Origin: an uncultured cyanobacterium
GTDB lineage: Bacteria; Cyanobacteriota; Cyanobacteriia; Cyanobacteriales; CAWCAG01
Assembly (NCBI GenBank): GCA_963803805.1
Contig: CAWDOD010000007.1
Location: 96,001-160,000 of the forward strand
DNA: 64,000 nt
Direction of reading: 5' to 3'
In this document: positions 29,323 to 39,521 of the stretch, one piece after another
How positions within the stretch are numbered: the stretch's first letter is position 1
Layout: each line of letters begins with the position of its first letter
Position numbers and translations under genes: made by a program
The notes under the pieces: model-generated
What the model was told of the DNA's origin: nothing
Seen by the model: the letters and a program-made list of their open reading frames with translations, nothing else
Database searches by the model: none

Positions 29323-30779
29323 TGAGTGATAAACCTACAGTAAAGTCCCGCGATCGCAAATTACAACAACTACATCAACCAGGAACAATCCTTAACCAAC
29401 GCTATCGCCTTAGCAATGTCATAGGAGAAGGTGGTATCGGCATCACCTACGCAGCACAAGACTTAGAAACAAACCAACCAGTCGCCCTAAAAACTTTATC
29501 CCTAGAACGCTTAACAAATTGGAAAGTACTAGAACTTTTTGAAAGAGAAGCCCGCATCCTCGCAACCTTAAACCATCCCTCTATCCCTGATTACATCGAC
29601 TACTTCCACGTTGATGAACCTGAAAACAAAAACTTCTACCTTGTACAGCAACTAGTTACAGGAGAATCTCTTGCTGAGTTGGTAGAAAAAGGCTGGAAAG
29701 CAACCGAAACAGAAGTTAAACAGTTGGCAACCCAAGTATTAAATATTCTCACCTATCTACACTCCTTAATTCCCCCAGTTATTCACCGGGACATCAAACC
29801 TCAAAACATTATTCGCACCAAAGAAGGAAAAATCTTCTTGGTGGATTTTGGTGCAGTGCAAGATACCTATCGCCATACTGTTGCTAAAGGAAGTACGGTA
29901 GTAGGAACCTTCGGTTACATGGCCCCGGAACAGTTTCGGGGACAGGCAACTCCAGCTACTGATTTTTATGGTTTAGCAACCACTTTACTCTTTGTCTTGA
30001 CAGGAAAATCCCCTGCCGACTTGCCCCAACAACAACTGAAAATCAACTTCCGCCCCACAGTGCCACTCTCCCCTAACTTTGCTAACTGGTTAGACAGAAT
30101 GCTCGAACCAGCCAAGGAACGACGCTTTCCTGATACAAAAGCTGCCCTGGCCGTGTTGTCAGGGGAAAAACGATTAGCTGACTATCCTCTATGGCAACGC
30201 AAACGCCCTAAGCAAAATTCCCTTAAGGTGACTAAAACTGAAGAGCAATTAACGATTCAAATTGCCCCTGTTTGGTTAAAGAGTAATCAAGCACTTAGAC
30301 TAACTTTTTCAACCATTGTCAATGGTATCTTTTTAATAATTATGTTGCTTTGGTTTCGGAATATATGGATACAACTATCCTTAGAAGATGTTTTTTATCA
30401 AGATTTCAGTGCTAACAGCATATACTTAATGTTCTTTTCTATATTGATTTTATTAGTAATAATTGCTAGTGGTTGGTTAGAGAAGCATCTTTTATCTTCT
30501 TGTTTAGAAACGATGTTTCCTCTCCATCTTGAGGTTAATCGAAATGTTTTTTTGCTTAAGCGTGAGTATTTTGGGAGTTATCCTAGTTGGTTGAAGAAGC
30601 GCTTTAGGATTAAGAATTTCCCTAAAATAGAATTAAAAAATAGAGCTTTTAGAGGGAGATGTATTAATGTTTATCCTGATACTAAAAGTAAACACTTCTC
30701 TTTTGGCGCTTTTATAAAAGAATCAGAACAAGAATGGTTAGTAGAAGAAATCGAGACATTTTTTAAAAGATTTATTTAG
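29322..30779 (+). CDS. Ser/Thr protein kinase with two C-terminal TM segments
   Basis: GEGGIG, ALK, HRDIKPQN, DFG, GTFGYMAPE, two hydrophobic helices, EQEWLVEEI tail. Confidence 0.92.
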   Translation: MSDKPTVKSRDRKLQQLHQPGTILNQRYRLSNVIGEGGIGITYAAQDLETNQPVALKTLSLERLTNWKVLELFEREARILATLNHPSIPDYIDYFHVDEPENKNFYLVQQLVTGESLAELVEKGWKATETEVKQLATQVLNILTYLHSLIPPVIHRDIKPQNIIRTKEGKIFLVDFGAVQDTYRHTVAKGSTVVGTFGYMAPEQFRGQATPATDFYGLATTLLFVLTGKSPADLPQQQLKINFRPTVPLSPNFANWLDRMLEPAKERRFPDTKAALAVLSGEKRLADYPLWQRKRPKQNSLKVTKTEEQLTIQIAPVWLKSNQALRLTFSTIVNGIFLIIMLLWFRNIWIQLSLEDVFYQDFSANSIYLMFFSILILLVIIASGWLEKHLLSSCLETMFPLHLEVNRNVFLLKREYFGSYPSWLKKRFRIKNFPKIELKNRAFRGRCINVYPDTKSKHFSFGAFIKESEQEWLVEEIETFFKRFI

Positions 30780-31152
30780 GAATAGCAAGTCGCACCAAGA
30801 GACTATAATAAGCGCAGTCCAGTTCTTTTGCAAACTAGTAAAAAGAGGATGCGATCGCAGGGTAATCGAACTTACCTTCTTATTCGATTTCATTAGTCGG
30901 AAAAATCTCAAACTTGGAGAGTAAAAATTTTAATCTATTCTTTAATCTTTCATCTTTTCTTGAACTAATATTAAGTACTTATTGACAAAACACAGTCTTT
31001 CAAGCTCCACAAGCAGCTCATTTTTGTAGTATAAATATTGTTTCTTGTTGTTAAATTGGCTACAAAAAGTCAATTTTGTATAACATGATGCAAAGATTTC
31101 GTTAAATCCAGGTTAAAATCATTTACATTAAGACAAACTTCGGTTAGAAAAA

Positions 31153-32463
31153 TTGCAGACACTAACTTCGCAAGTTAAGCAAACAGATTTTCCTGCCAGT
31201 ATCTTCCACTTAGATAATGGTTTAACAATTATTCATCAGCACATCGCCGCAACCCCTGTGGTAGTAGCAGATGTTTGGGTAAAGGCTGGGGCGATGAGAG
31301 AACCCCAGGAATGGTCAGGAATGGCTCATTTCCTAGAGCATATGGTCTTCAAAGGGACAAAACGTGTTGCTCCGGGAATATTTGACCAAGTAATTGAAAG
31401 TCGCGGTGGCACTACAAACGCTGCAACAGGTCATGACTACGCCCATTTCTATTTAACCACAGCATCTACTTACCTAGCTGATACATTACCTCACTTAGGG
31501 GAAATTCTTCTTCAAGCAGAAATTGCCGAGGTCGAATTTATTCGGGAACGAGAGGTGGTAATAGAAGAAATGTACTCTTGTTACGATGATCCAGATTGGT
31601 TGGGTTTCCAAGCTTTATGCAACACCCTTTACCAATGCCATCCCTACGGACGTTCTATTTTAGGGGAAGAAGAACAGTTAAAAGGTTATACCCCAAACCA
31701 AATGCGCTGTTTCCATGCTTCCCACTATCAACCGGAGAATATAACAGTCTCCATTGTGGGGGGAGTCTGCCAAGAAGAAGCTTTATCTTTAGCTACAGAA
31801 GCTTTTAGCAACTTTAAACCCCGTTCAGAATGTCCTCCCTCCTTAGTAGAAGCAGAACCCCCCTTAACAGGAAATCGCCGTAGAGAACTGCATTTACCTC
31901 GCTTAGAACAAGCAAGGTTGTTAATGGGCTGGATGGGACCAGGAGTAGGGGAAACGATTGGTAGCTTAATAGATATTAAGTCTAAATCTCCCCTTAAAGA
32001 TGCTTACGGTTTAGACCTTTTGGCTGCTATCTTAGCTAGCGGTCGTTCCTCAAGATTAGTACGGGAGTTGCGGGAAGAAAAACGCCTCATCCAAGATATT
32101 AGCTGTGATTTTTCTCTCCAGCAAGATTCCAGCCTCTTCACCATCAGCGCTTGGCTAGATCCAGAAAATTTAGAAGAAGTAGAAACTATTATCTGCGATC
32201 GCTTGCACCAACTGCAAATAACTCCTGTTCAACCAGAAGAATTAAATCGCAGCAAGCGCCTACTATGCAATGATTTTGCCTTTTCCACGGAAACCCCAAG
32301 TCAATTAGCGGGTTTATACGGTTACTACAACACTGTAGCCACAGCCGAGTTAGCCCTGATCTATCCCTTTGGTATCCAAAAAACAACTGAGTTAGATTTA
32401 CTACGTATCGCCAATCAATATCTTTCACCAGAACGATATGCAGTTACAGTAGTAAATAATTGA
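31153..32463 (+). CDS. M16 (pitrilysin) family metallopeptidase, catalytic subunit
   Basis: GMAHFLEHMVFKG (HXXEH), HPYGRSILG. Confidence 0.92.
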   Translation: MQTLTSQVKQTDFPASIFHLDNGLTIIHQHIAATPVVVADVWVKAGAMREPQEWSGMAHFLEHMVFKGTKRVAPGIFDQVIESRGGTTNAATGHDYAHFYLTTASTYLADTLPHLGEILLQAEIAEVEFIREREVVIEEMYSCYDDPDWLGFQALCNTLYQCHPYGRSILGEEEQLKGYTPNQMRCFHASHYQPENITVSIVGGVCQEEALSLATEAFSNFKPRSECPPSLVEAEPPLTGNRRRELHLPRLEQARLLMGWMGPGVGETIGSLIDIKSKSPLKDAYGLDLLAAILASGRSSRLVRELREEKRLIQDISCDFSLQQDSSLFTISAWLDPENLEEVETIICDRLHQLQITPVQPEELNRSKRLLCNDFAFSTETPSQLAGLYGYYNTVATAELALIYPFGIQKTTELDLLRIANQYLSPERYAVTVVNN

Positions 32464-32481
32464 TAAAATTAATAATTGATC

Positions 32482-33741
32482 ATGGCCGTGGAGCAAACTC
32501 AGAAAATTCATAGTAAAGTTTTAGCTAACGGTATCAAAATACTATTTGTCGAAAACCCTGCTGCGGATATTATTTCTGGCCGTATTTTTTTTAAAGATGC
32601 TGGCATGAGGGAGATGTCCCGCGAAAAGGCAGGGCTAACTCATTTATTGGCCTCTGTCATCACCAAAGGAACTCAGGGGTTATCCTCAGCCCAAATAGCT
32701 GAACGTATTGAATCTGTGGGGGCAAGTTTGGGCGCAGATGCAGCAGCAGATTACTTTTTAATCAGTCTTAAAACTGTTTCTCAAGACTTCCAGAATATTT
32801 TTCAACTCGCCGGGGAAATTCTGCGCTCACCAACTTTTCCTCAAGAAGAGTTTGAATTAGAACAACATTTAACGATACAAGACATTCGTTCCCAGCAAGA
32901 GCAACCTTTCAATGTCGCTTATAATCAACTACGGCAGTTGATGTATAAACAACATCCCTATGGAGTTTCTATCTTAGGTACACAAGAAACTGTTTCTAAA
33001 TTAACGCGCCAAGACTTGCAGGAATTTCACAAAACTTATTTCCACCCCAGTAAAATGGTAGTGAGTATTTCCGGTCGCTTGAAGCCGGAAGGGGCTTTCA
33101 AATTAGTGCAAGAAACCTTTGGAGATTGGCAACCTCCCTCAATTTCTGTTTCCAAGCAAGAAACCCCTAATATTAATTCCCAGCCAGAAGTTGGAACCAT
33201 AATCCAAGATACCCAACAAAGTATTGTTATCTTAGGCTATCTAGCTTCATCAGTTTATCAACCTGACTTTTTTGCCCTCAAACTTCTCAACACCTATTTA
33301 GGTAATGGTTTGTCAAGTCGTTTATTTGTAGAACTGCGAGAGAAGCGAGGCTTAGCCTATGATGTCTCTTCTTTCTATCCTACCAGAGTTGATAACTCTC
33401 AATTTGTAGTTTATATAGGAACAGCACCAGAAAATACGGAAATTGCCTTAACTGGCTTGCGCCAAGAAACAGAACGTTTATGCAACATTGAGTTAACACC
33501 AGAAGAATTACAAACAGCTAAAAATAAGCTTCTAGGTCAATATGCGTTAGGGAAACAAACCAACTCAGAAATAGCTCAAATTTATGGTTGGTATGAAACC
33601 CTCGATTTAGGAGTAGATTTTGATGTTCAGTTTCAAGAAGAAGTTTCTAGAGTAACACCTCAAGAAGCTCAAGAAGCTGCTTGTCGCTATTTCGGTGAAC
33701 CCTATGTATCTATAGTGGGGCCAGTGGGTGATCAGCAATAA
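32482..33741 (+). CDS. M16 family peptidase, non-catalytic partner subunit
   Basis: Degenerate HLLAS motif, HPYG, SSRLFVELREKRGLAY. Confidence 0.9.
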   Translation: MAVEQTQKIHSKVLANGIKILFVENPAADIISGRIFFKDAGMREMSREKAGLTHLLASVITKGTQGLSSAQIAERIESVGASLGADAAADYFLISLKTVSQDFQNIFQLAGEILRSPTFPQEEFELEQHLTIQDIRSQQEQPFNVAYNQLRQLMYKQHPYGVSILGTQETVSKLTRQDLQEFHKTYFHPSKMVVSISGRLKPEGAFKLVQETFGDWQPPSISVSKQETPNINSQPEVGTIIQDTQQSIVILGYLASSVYQPDFFALKLLNTYLGNGLSSRLFVELREKRGLAYDVSSFYPTRVDNSQFVVYIGTAPENTEIALTGLRQETERLCNIELTPEELQTAKNKLLGQYALGKQTNSEIAQIYGWYETLDLGVDFDVQFQEEVSRVTPQEAQEAACRYFGEPYVSIVGPVGDQQ

Positions 33742-33834
33742 TCGCTAATAACAGCTTATAACTACTTAAGCAAAATTAGAGTCAAGGGAACAGGGAAGGA
33801 ATTGATACCTTTGCCCTCTTCCCCTGTAACCTGA

Positions 33835-34152
33835 TTAGGTAGTTGCTTTTTGACTAACCCCCCCAGTAGATTTAGTTTGGGCAAATTTAGGAACCATCTC
33901 TTCTTCTTCTAAGGGTGCAAACTCAATATGATTGAGTAAGGTTGTCACAAAAGCAAAGACGAGGAAGGGTAGAGATAATACCAAAACAATTCCGACAGTG
34001 GCTAAGGCAAATATTTGGCGAGTGCTACTCCACAGGGCAAGAGTTGTTGCTAGGCTAATGAAAATGACGATTAACCAGACAATTATTTGTCCATAAACGT
34101 CGCCGAAGCTTAAGGTGCAGATCAAGCGGTACTTAGGAAATTCGTTGTCCAT
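33835..34152 (-). CDS. Small hypothetical membrane protein
   Basis: 105-aa ORF with CTLSFGDVYGQIIVWL and two TM segments. Confidence 0.75.
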   Translation of the reverse strand: MDNEFPKYRLICTLSFGDVYGQIIVWLIVIFISLATTLALWSSTRQIFALATVGIVLVLSLPFLVFAFVTTLLNHIEFAPLEEEEMVPKFAQTKSTGGVSQKATT

Positions 34153-34261
34153 AGCTTAATTACTTAACTTTCTCTCTAATTTTGACACTAAGTTATTGAA
34201 GAGGTTTCTTGAGAATATCTAAAGGTTTTTTCAAAAAGTTGCTATGACATGACCAAAAAAA

Positions 34262-34348
34262 CGGAGAGGGAGGGATTCGAACCCTCGACACCCTTGCAGG
34301 TGTAGCAGTTTTCGAGACTGCCGCATTCAACCGCTCTGCCACCTCTCC
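34262..34348 (-). tRNA. trnS: tRNA-Ser(CGA)
   Basis: Minus strand reads GGAGAGGTGGCAGAGCGGTTGAATGCGGCAGTCT-CGA-AAACTGC...GGTTCGAATCCCTCCCTCTCCG; long variable arm; CCA not encoded. Confidence 0.97.
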
Positions 34349-34387
34349 AAAGATGTTAGGTTATTAATATATTACCTTGTCTTTCAA

Positions 34388-36691
34388 CTATAATCCTGAA
34401 GCATCGGCATCAACAATATCTAAATTGCTTTGAAATCCATCTTCAGGTATCCATTGAACAGCACCGTTGCGACTTGTCCAATATAACTGAGTTTGTTTTT
34501 TCTTTAGTTCTTCGGTGATTTCCGCTTCCAAAGTACTGGCAGAGGCGATCGCTACTTTAGGTTTTAAAAAACTTAGCCAGGTTTTTCTAAAACTGTCCCC
34601 ATTCCAGATGATCACTTGGGGGGCAGATTCTGGGGTAGAGGTAAGTTTTTGTAAGTACTGATTGATGGCTTCAATTTGAGTATTGAGTTTACTTTGTCCG
34701 AAAATTAACCATGTCTGGTTACGGATCTTGAGTTGCAAGGCGGGGGGATCGGCACTAATTAATTGCATTACTACTGAGGCAACCGCCGTAGGTTGTTTGA
34801 GGGGGAGAGGTTGTGAGGATGTTGAGGAGAGGTTTTTGGTGGCAGCTTCGGTATAAAAGAAGTTTTGGATTGGCATCTGGGCAAATATTTCTTGCCAACC
34901 GCTAGTTAAATCTGGTTGAAATTCTAAAGCAACTGCCCAATCTATTTTATTTATGCCTTCTTGTTGCAGAAAGGGTATGACTGTAAATAAAGCTGTATTA
35001 TCATTGCCGCTATTAATGAGGGTGACTTTACCTTGATCTTGAATTACTAAAACCTGCTCTTCATCTGCTGCTAAGACGGTAACTTGGAATAAGCCTACTT
35101 GTTTTTGGACTATGGGGATGGTGATAATCAAAGCTGCAAATAAGGCCGCTAGCCACCAACGACGCTGAAGCCATTTGCTATAAAAGACGAAAATGATCAC
35201 ACCGTAAAGTAGTAGTACAGAAGCTAAGGAAATGCTCCCTACTGCACGGGTACTTCCTGGTAAGTTGGTGAAAAACTCTACTATGGCAATGAGGAAGTGG
35301 ATTGGGTAATAAAGTAGGGAGGCAGCATAGGTTCCGGCAGTAGGTACAATTAAAGCAATTAAGGCGCTTATCATGCCCCCCAAACTAACTAAGGCAACTA
35401 TTGGGGCAGTAATAATATTAACGGCGATACTATAGGTGGCAACAATGTTGAAGTAATAAAGTTGCAGGGGTAAAACCCAGGGGAAAATTGCCAGGGGAAC
35501 AGTGATGATTGAAGCGATGGTTGGGGGTAGCCAATCTAGCTTTTTCAGGAGGGGAGGGAGGGTGACAATTAAACCCAAGGTAGCTAGGAAGCTTAATTGG
35601 AAACCAATATCAACAATCCAAGTTGGTTGCCATAACAACAGGAATATAGCAGCTAATAATAAGGAACCTAATTGTCTGACTTTTCTTTGGGTTAATAGGG
35701 CGATTAAAGCCCCAATACCCATGATAAAAGCCCGCATTACCGAGGGCTGACATCCCGTCAAACCGACGTAAATAAATAAGGTGGCTAGGGCAATGATAAA
35801 TCGTGTTCGCACCTTGAAAGGGTGAGTTAAACCTAAAACCACCCCCAAGATTAAGGAGACATGGAAGCCAGAAGCAGCTAAGACATGGGCTAATCCGGCT
35901 TTGATAAACAAGTCACTAATATCTTTGGGTAAATCAATTGCCCGTCTCCCCAAAACAATGGAACTAAGTAATAAACCTTCCGGGCTACCTAATGAAGCTA
36001 CTTGCGATTTATTAATACGTTGGCGTAATTGCCACAAACCCCAATTCTTTTCTTGGTTTACTTCCGGGAAAATAACCTGCTTACCATTAAAACCAGCGAA
36101 TATACCTTGACGGGCTAAGTAAGCTTGAAAATCAAATGCCCCTGGATTTAAAGGAGGTTGAGGGGTGTATAAAGTTCCAGTTATGTATAAAATTTGCTGG
36201 GGATGTATCCCCGTACCTTGGAGTAAAGGAACTGTTACATACAATTTCCCTTCTACCCCTCGATTCACTGCCTTCTTACCTTCCTTGCCCTCTACTTCAT
36301 TAACCCTTTGGGCAGCTAATAAAAACTGCGATCGCTGACTGCGAGTAGTACGAGGGGAGGTTAAGACTCTGCCTTGCACTGTAACCAACTGTTCTTTTTG
36401 GGGAACTAATTTGCTAACATCATTATTTGCTGGTTGCGGGATTCTCAGTTGTAAATAAATCACAGCAACAGCCGCAATTAAACCGGCCACAAGCCAAACC
36501 CCTTTTTTGGGGCCAGTTTTCCAAACTTTGGGTACAAGGGCTGTCATGACAATACCTAGTACCACAAACCCTAAACCTGCACCTCCTACAGTTAACCAAG
36601 AGTTAAACTGAGGAGCAAAGTTGATAGCTGCACTGATGAGGAGTCCAGTTATGTAAGCAAGGCAAATAATGGTAGTGCTTTTACGATTCAT
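34388..36691 (-). CDS. comEC: ComEC/Rec2 competence protein
   Basis: NPGAFDFQAYL, GLAHVLAASGFHV, PSVMRA, GFQLSFLAT; start placed at ATG 36691. Confidence 0.93.
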   Translation of the reverse strand: MNRKSTTIICLAYITGLLISAAINFAPQFNSWLTVGGAGLGFVVLGIVMTALVPKVWKTGPKKGVWLVAGLIAAVAVIYLQLRIPQPANNDVSKLVPQKEQLVTVQGRVLTSPRTTRSQRSQFLLAAQRVNEVEGKEGKKAVNRGVEGKLYVTVPLLQGTGIHPQQILYITGTLYTPQPPLNPGAFDFQAYLARQGIFAGFNGKQVIFPEVNQEKNWGLWQLRQRINKSQVASLGSPEGLLLSSIVLGRRAIDLPKDISDLFIKAGLAHVLAASGFHVSLILGVVLGLTHPFKVRTRFIIALATLFIYVGLTGCQPSVMRAFIMGIGALIALLTQRKVRQLGSLLLAAIFLLLWQPTWIVDIGFQLSFLATLGLIVTLPPLLKKLDWLPPTIASIITVPLAIFPWVLPLQLYYFNIVATYSIAVNIITAPIVALVSLGGMISALIALIVPTAGTYAASLLYYPIHFLIAIVEFFTNLPGSTRAVGSISLASVLLLYGVIIFVFYSKWLQRRWWLAALFAALIITIPIVQKQVGLFQVTVLAADEEQVLVIQDQGKVTLINSGNDNTALFTVIPFLQQEGINKIDWAVALEFQPDLTSGWQEIFAQMPIQNFFYTEAATKNLSSTSSQPLPLKQPTAVASVVMQLISADPPALQLKIRNQTWLIFGQSKLNTQIEAINQYLQKLTSTPESAPQVIIWNGDSFRKTWLSFLKPKVAIASASTLEAEITEELKKKQTQLYWTSRNGAVQWIPEDGFQSNLDIVDADASGL

Positions 36692-36706
36692 TTCATCAAT
36701 GATCAA

Positions 36707-36773
36707 TGTACAGCTTGCTGTTGCCGTTAGGCATCAGTTTTTAATGATGTCTTCGGCAAGGGTAAACCATACA
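36707..36773. repeat. Two divergent SDR5-like insertions (24 and 23 nt) in TGAT^CA
   Basis: tg[tacagcttgctgttgccgttaggc]atca...tgat[gtcttcggcaagggtaaaccata]ca. Confidence 0.85.
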
Positions 36774-36782
36774 GTGTAAGGC

Positions 36783-36977
36783 TTGCTGTTAACAATTAGT
36801 GGTCAAATTTCACCTGTTATCTTTTACCAAGATCACCCTTTTCCCCTCCCTTCATTAATTTTTATCACCGCTTTTGGAGTAATGGGTTTAAGCTTACCTA
36901 AGTTTGGTCGAGTCAGCAAAATTCTTTATACAACAGTTGAATTTACACTAATTATTCTGGCAGGAAATTGCAGATGA
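36783..36977 (+). pseudogene. Probable fragment of the membrane N-terminus of a NarL-partner sensor histidine kinase
   Basis: FGVMGLSLP...KILYTTVEFTLI resembles, from memory, N-termini of cyanobacterial sensor kinases; no kinase core follows. Confidence 0.45.
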
Positions 36978-37126
36978 TTATGTTTCTCAAGCTTTGAAGT
37001 TAGGAGTGAGGGGCTATTTTCTCTAAAGATACTCCTTCTAAGGGATTAGCGATCGCCATTCGTTCTATTCAAAAACGAAAGGAAGCTGACCAAACCTGGA
37101 GAATCAACCTCCCCGCCACCCCAAAA

Positions 37127-37924
37127 TCAATAGGGCTTCTGACCTAAAAAATTACCAGGGGGATTGTAGTTGCAGACCCAAACTTCTCGACCATTACTCC
37201 TCGCCATAGCACAACCTACTTCCGTTGTTTTTGACCAAACAACTTGGGTATAGTGACCACAGACTTTACCAGAGGCGCAACTATTGGTGGCATAGTCATA
37301 ATCTTTAATTTCTTCTCCCCACATTTGTACTACTCTTTCAGGAGAGAGTTGCTGTCCCCAAGCAGAAGCAAGGTTTTCTCCGTAGGGAGAGTTGAAGCGA
37401 TGTTCTAAGTTATCTTGTTTAATTAGTTTATTGGCCCAAGCTTGGGCATAACCCGCTAGTTCATCAGACCAACTTAAAGGAGCAACGCCGTGATTTTGTC
37501 GCCATTGGTTGTGGGCATCTAACATTTGTTCAATACCTGCTGAAGAGGAAAGATCGTAGACATTGGTAGCAATACCTTCTGCTTGAGCTTCTTCTAAAGA
37601 TTTGATGCGATCTAATGTAACTCCTTGTTCTGTAATGCCGCTATCTAAATAGGCAACGGTATACTTCCAACCTCCTCTGGTATTGTACCCATAACCCATT
37701 AACCGGGCTTCTTGCCAACTACCATTTTGTAAGACATAGACAGGCTTGCCATCAAGGGGATAGGGGGGTTGTTGGGCAAGTAACATGGGCTTTGATGTGG
37801 CAGGATTTTGATTAGAGTTTCGTTGTGGCGCTCGCCCTTGGGCGGATAAATTATTGTTAAAGAGAGTAGCAACAAAGGCGATGGTGGCGATGGTAATTTG
37901 GGAGAATTGTTTTTTTGTCAGCAT
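37127..37924 (-). CDS. Secreted CAP/SCP (PR-1-like) domain protein
   Basis: MLDAHNQWR, GENLA, CGHYTQVVW, VWVCNYNPPGNF; signal peptide. Confidence 0.92.
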   Translation of the reverse strand: MLTKKQFSQITIATIAFVATLFNNNLSAQGRAPQRNSNQNPATSKPMLLAQQPPYPLDGKPVYVLQNGSWQEARLMGYGYNTRGGWKYTVAYLDSGITEQGVTLDRIKSLEEAQAEGIATNVYDLSSSAGIEQMLDAHNQWRQNHGVAPLSWSDELAGYAQAWANKLIKQDNLEHRFNSPYGENLASAWGQQLSPERVVQMWGEEIKDYDYATNSCASGKVCGHYTQVVWSKTTEVGCAMARSNGREVWVCNYNPPGNFLGQKPY

Positions 37925-38042
37925 CTAGGATTCTTTAGTAATAATTTTTCCCTATTCAGTACAGATTAAATTTTAGGAACCTAGGTTCCTAAAATTTTTC
38001 TTATTGCTACTTTGTGGTTTTCTATAGAGTTTATTACTCCTT

Positions 38043-38162
38043 TATTAGTCGTATAGTAATAGTCCTTAACTTCTTCTCCCCACATTTGTACCACTCTTTC
38101 CAGGGAGATTTGCTGCCCCAAAACTGAAGCGAGATTTTCTCCGTAGGGAGAGTCAAAGCGAT
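38043..38162 (-). pseudogene. Diverged partial duplicate of the CAP domain
   Basis: About 20 mismatches in ~120 nt versus 37282-37401; RFDSPYGENLASVLGQQISLERVVQMWGEEVKDYYYTTN. Confidence 0.8.
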
Positions 38163-38398
38163 AAAGAGTAAGCAATGCTGCTGCTTAACTTAAAGCTACC
38201 AACTTTGTCGAAATACCTTAACTCCCTTAGCTACAGAAGTTTGCAGATTATAAATTGCTATGAGTATGGCACAATAAGATACGTTAATTAAATATCACTT
38301 GTAACGAAATTTCATTAAATAACGAGCTTTCTAATCACTCACAACCTGGAAAGCCTAGCTTAAATTTTGTTTTTTGATGGGATAATACTATAACTAAT

Positions 38399-39481
38399 AT
38401 GACTGTAACTGCTCCAGCACCGCCAAAAACTCGTCGCGTCGTCTTCCCTTTCACAGCTATTGTTGGCCAAGAAGAAATGAAATTGGCTTTGTTATTGAAT
38501 GTGATTGACCCTAAAATTGGTGGGGTAATGATCATGGGCGATCGCGGCACAGGTAAATCCACTACCATTCGAGCCTTAGCAGATCTTTTACCAGAAATTG
38601 AGGTAGTAGCAGGAGATCCTTTTGGTAGTGACCCTCAAGATCCCGAATTAATGAGTGACCAAGTTAGGGAACAGGTAGAAAAACAACTTCCCTTAACCAC
38701 CGAAAGGAAGAAAGTGCAAATGATTGACCTTCCTTTAGGTGCTACCGAAGATTGAGTTTGCGGCACTATTGATATTGAAAAAGCTCTTTCAGAAGGGGTC
38801 AAAGCTTTTGAACCAGGACTTTTAGCTAAAGCAAATCGAGGTATACTTTATGTTGATGAAGTTAACCTCCTTGATGACCACTTAGTTGATGTACTTTTAG
38901 ACTCAGCCGCTAGTGGTTGGAATACCGTAGAAAGAGAAGGTATTTCGATTCGTCACCCAGCACGTTTTGTTCTGGTCGGTTCAGGCAACCCGGAAGAAGG
39001 AGAATTGCGTCCTCAATTACTTGATCGTTTTGGGATGCACGCCGAGATTCGTACAGTTAAAGAACCAGCCTTACGGGTACAAATTGTTGAACAAAGAGCA
39101 GAATTTGACCAAAACCCCCAAGAGTTTCTTATAAAATATCAAAATGACCAAGAAGAATTACAAACTAAACTAGTCCAAGCTAGGGAAAGTTTATCGCAAG
39201 TAGAAATGGACTACGAAATGCGAGTAAATATTTCCGAAGTTTGTTCAGAGTTAGATGTAGATGGACTACGAGGAGATATTGTTACCAACCGGGCAGCAAA
39301 AGCCCTCACCGCATATGAAGGACGTAAGCAAGTAACCGTTGACGATATTCGTAGAGTTATGACCCTTTGTCTACGCCATCGCTTACGTAAAGATCCCCTA
39401 GAATCTATTGATTCGGGTTATAAAGTACAGAAGGCCTTGAGTAGAGTCTTTGGTTTAGCTGAAGAATCAATAGATCAATGA
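38399..39481 (+). pseudogene. chlI: Magnesium chelatase subunit I with one in-frame TGA at 38753-38755 (real lesion or sequencing error)
   Basis: [62 protein letters not shown], all in one frame. Confidence 0.9.
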
Positions 39482-39521
39482 TTAATGATCAATGGAGTTC
39501 TTGGTTTAGCTGGAGAATCAA

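Noticed and set aside
34262-34348. tRNA-Ser as attachment site of an integrated element
   Set aside because: I saw no integrase and no duplicated tRNA 3' end, and the flanking genes are ordinary.
37282-38162. CAP-domain repeat pair as a diversity-generating retroelement template/variable repeat
   Set aside because: Mismatches involve all four bases, many at third codon positions, rather than only template adenines. There is no reverse transcriptase in the window.
38753-38755. Genome-wide TGA recoding (Arg/Trp/Sec)
   Set aside because: TGA terminates many normal genes here (e.g. 25065, 28153, 32463, 39481, 60421). The site is an Arg position, one transition away from CGA.
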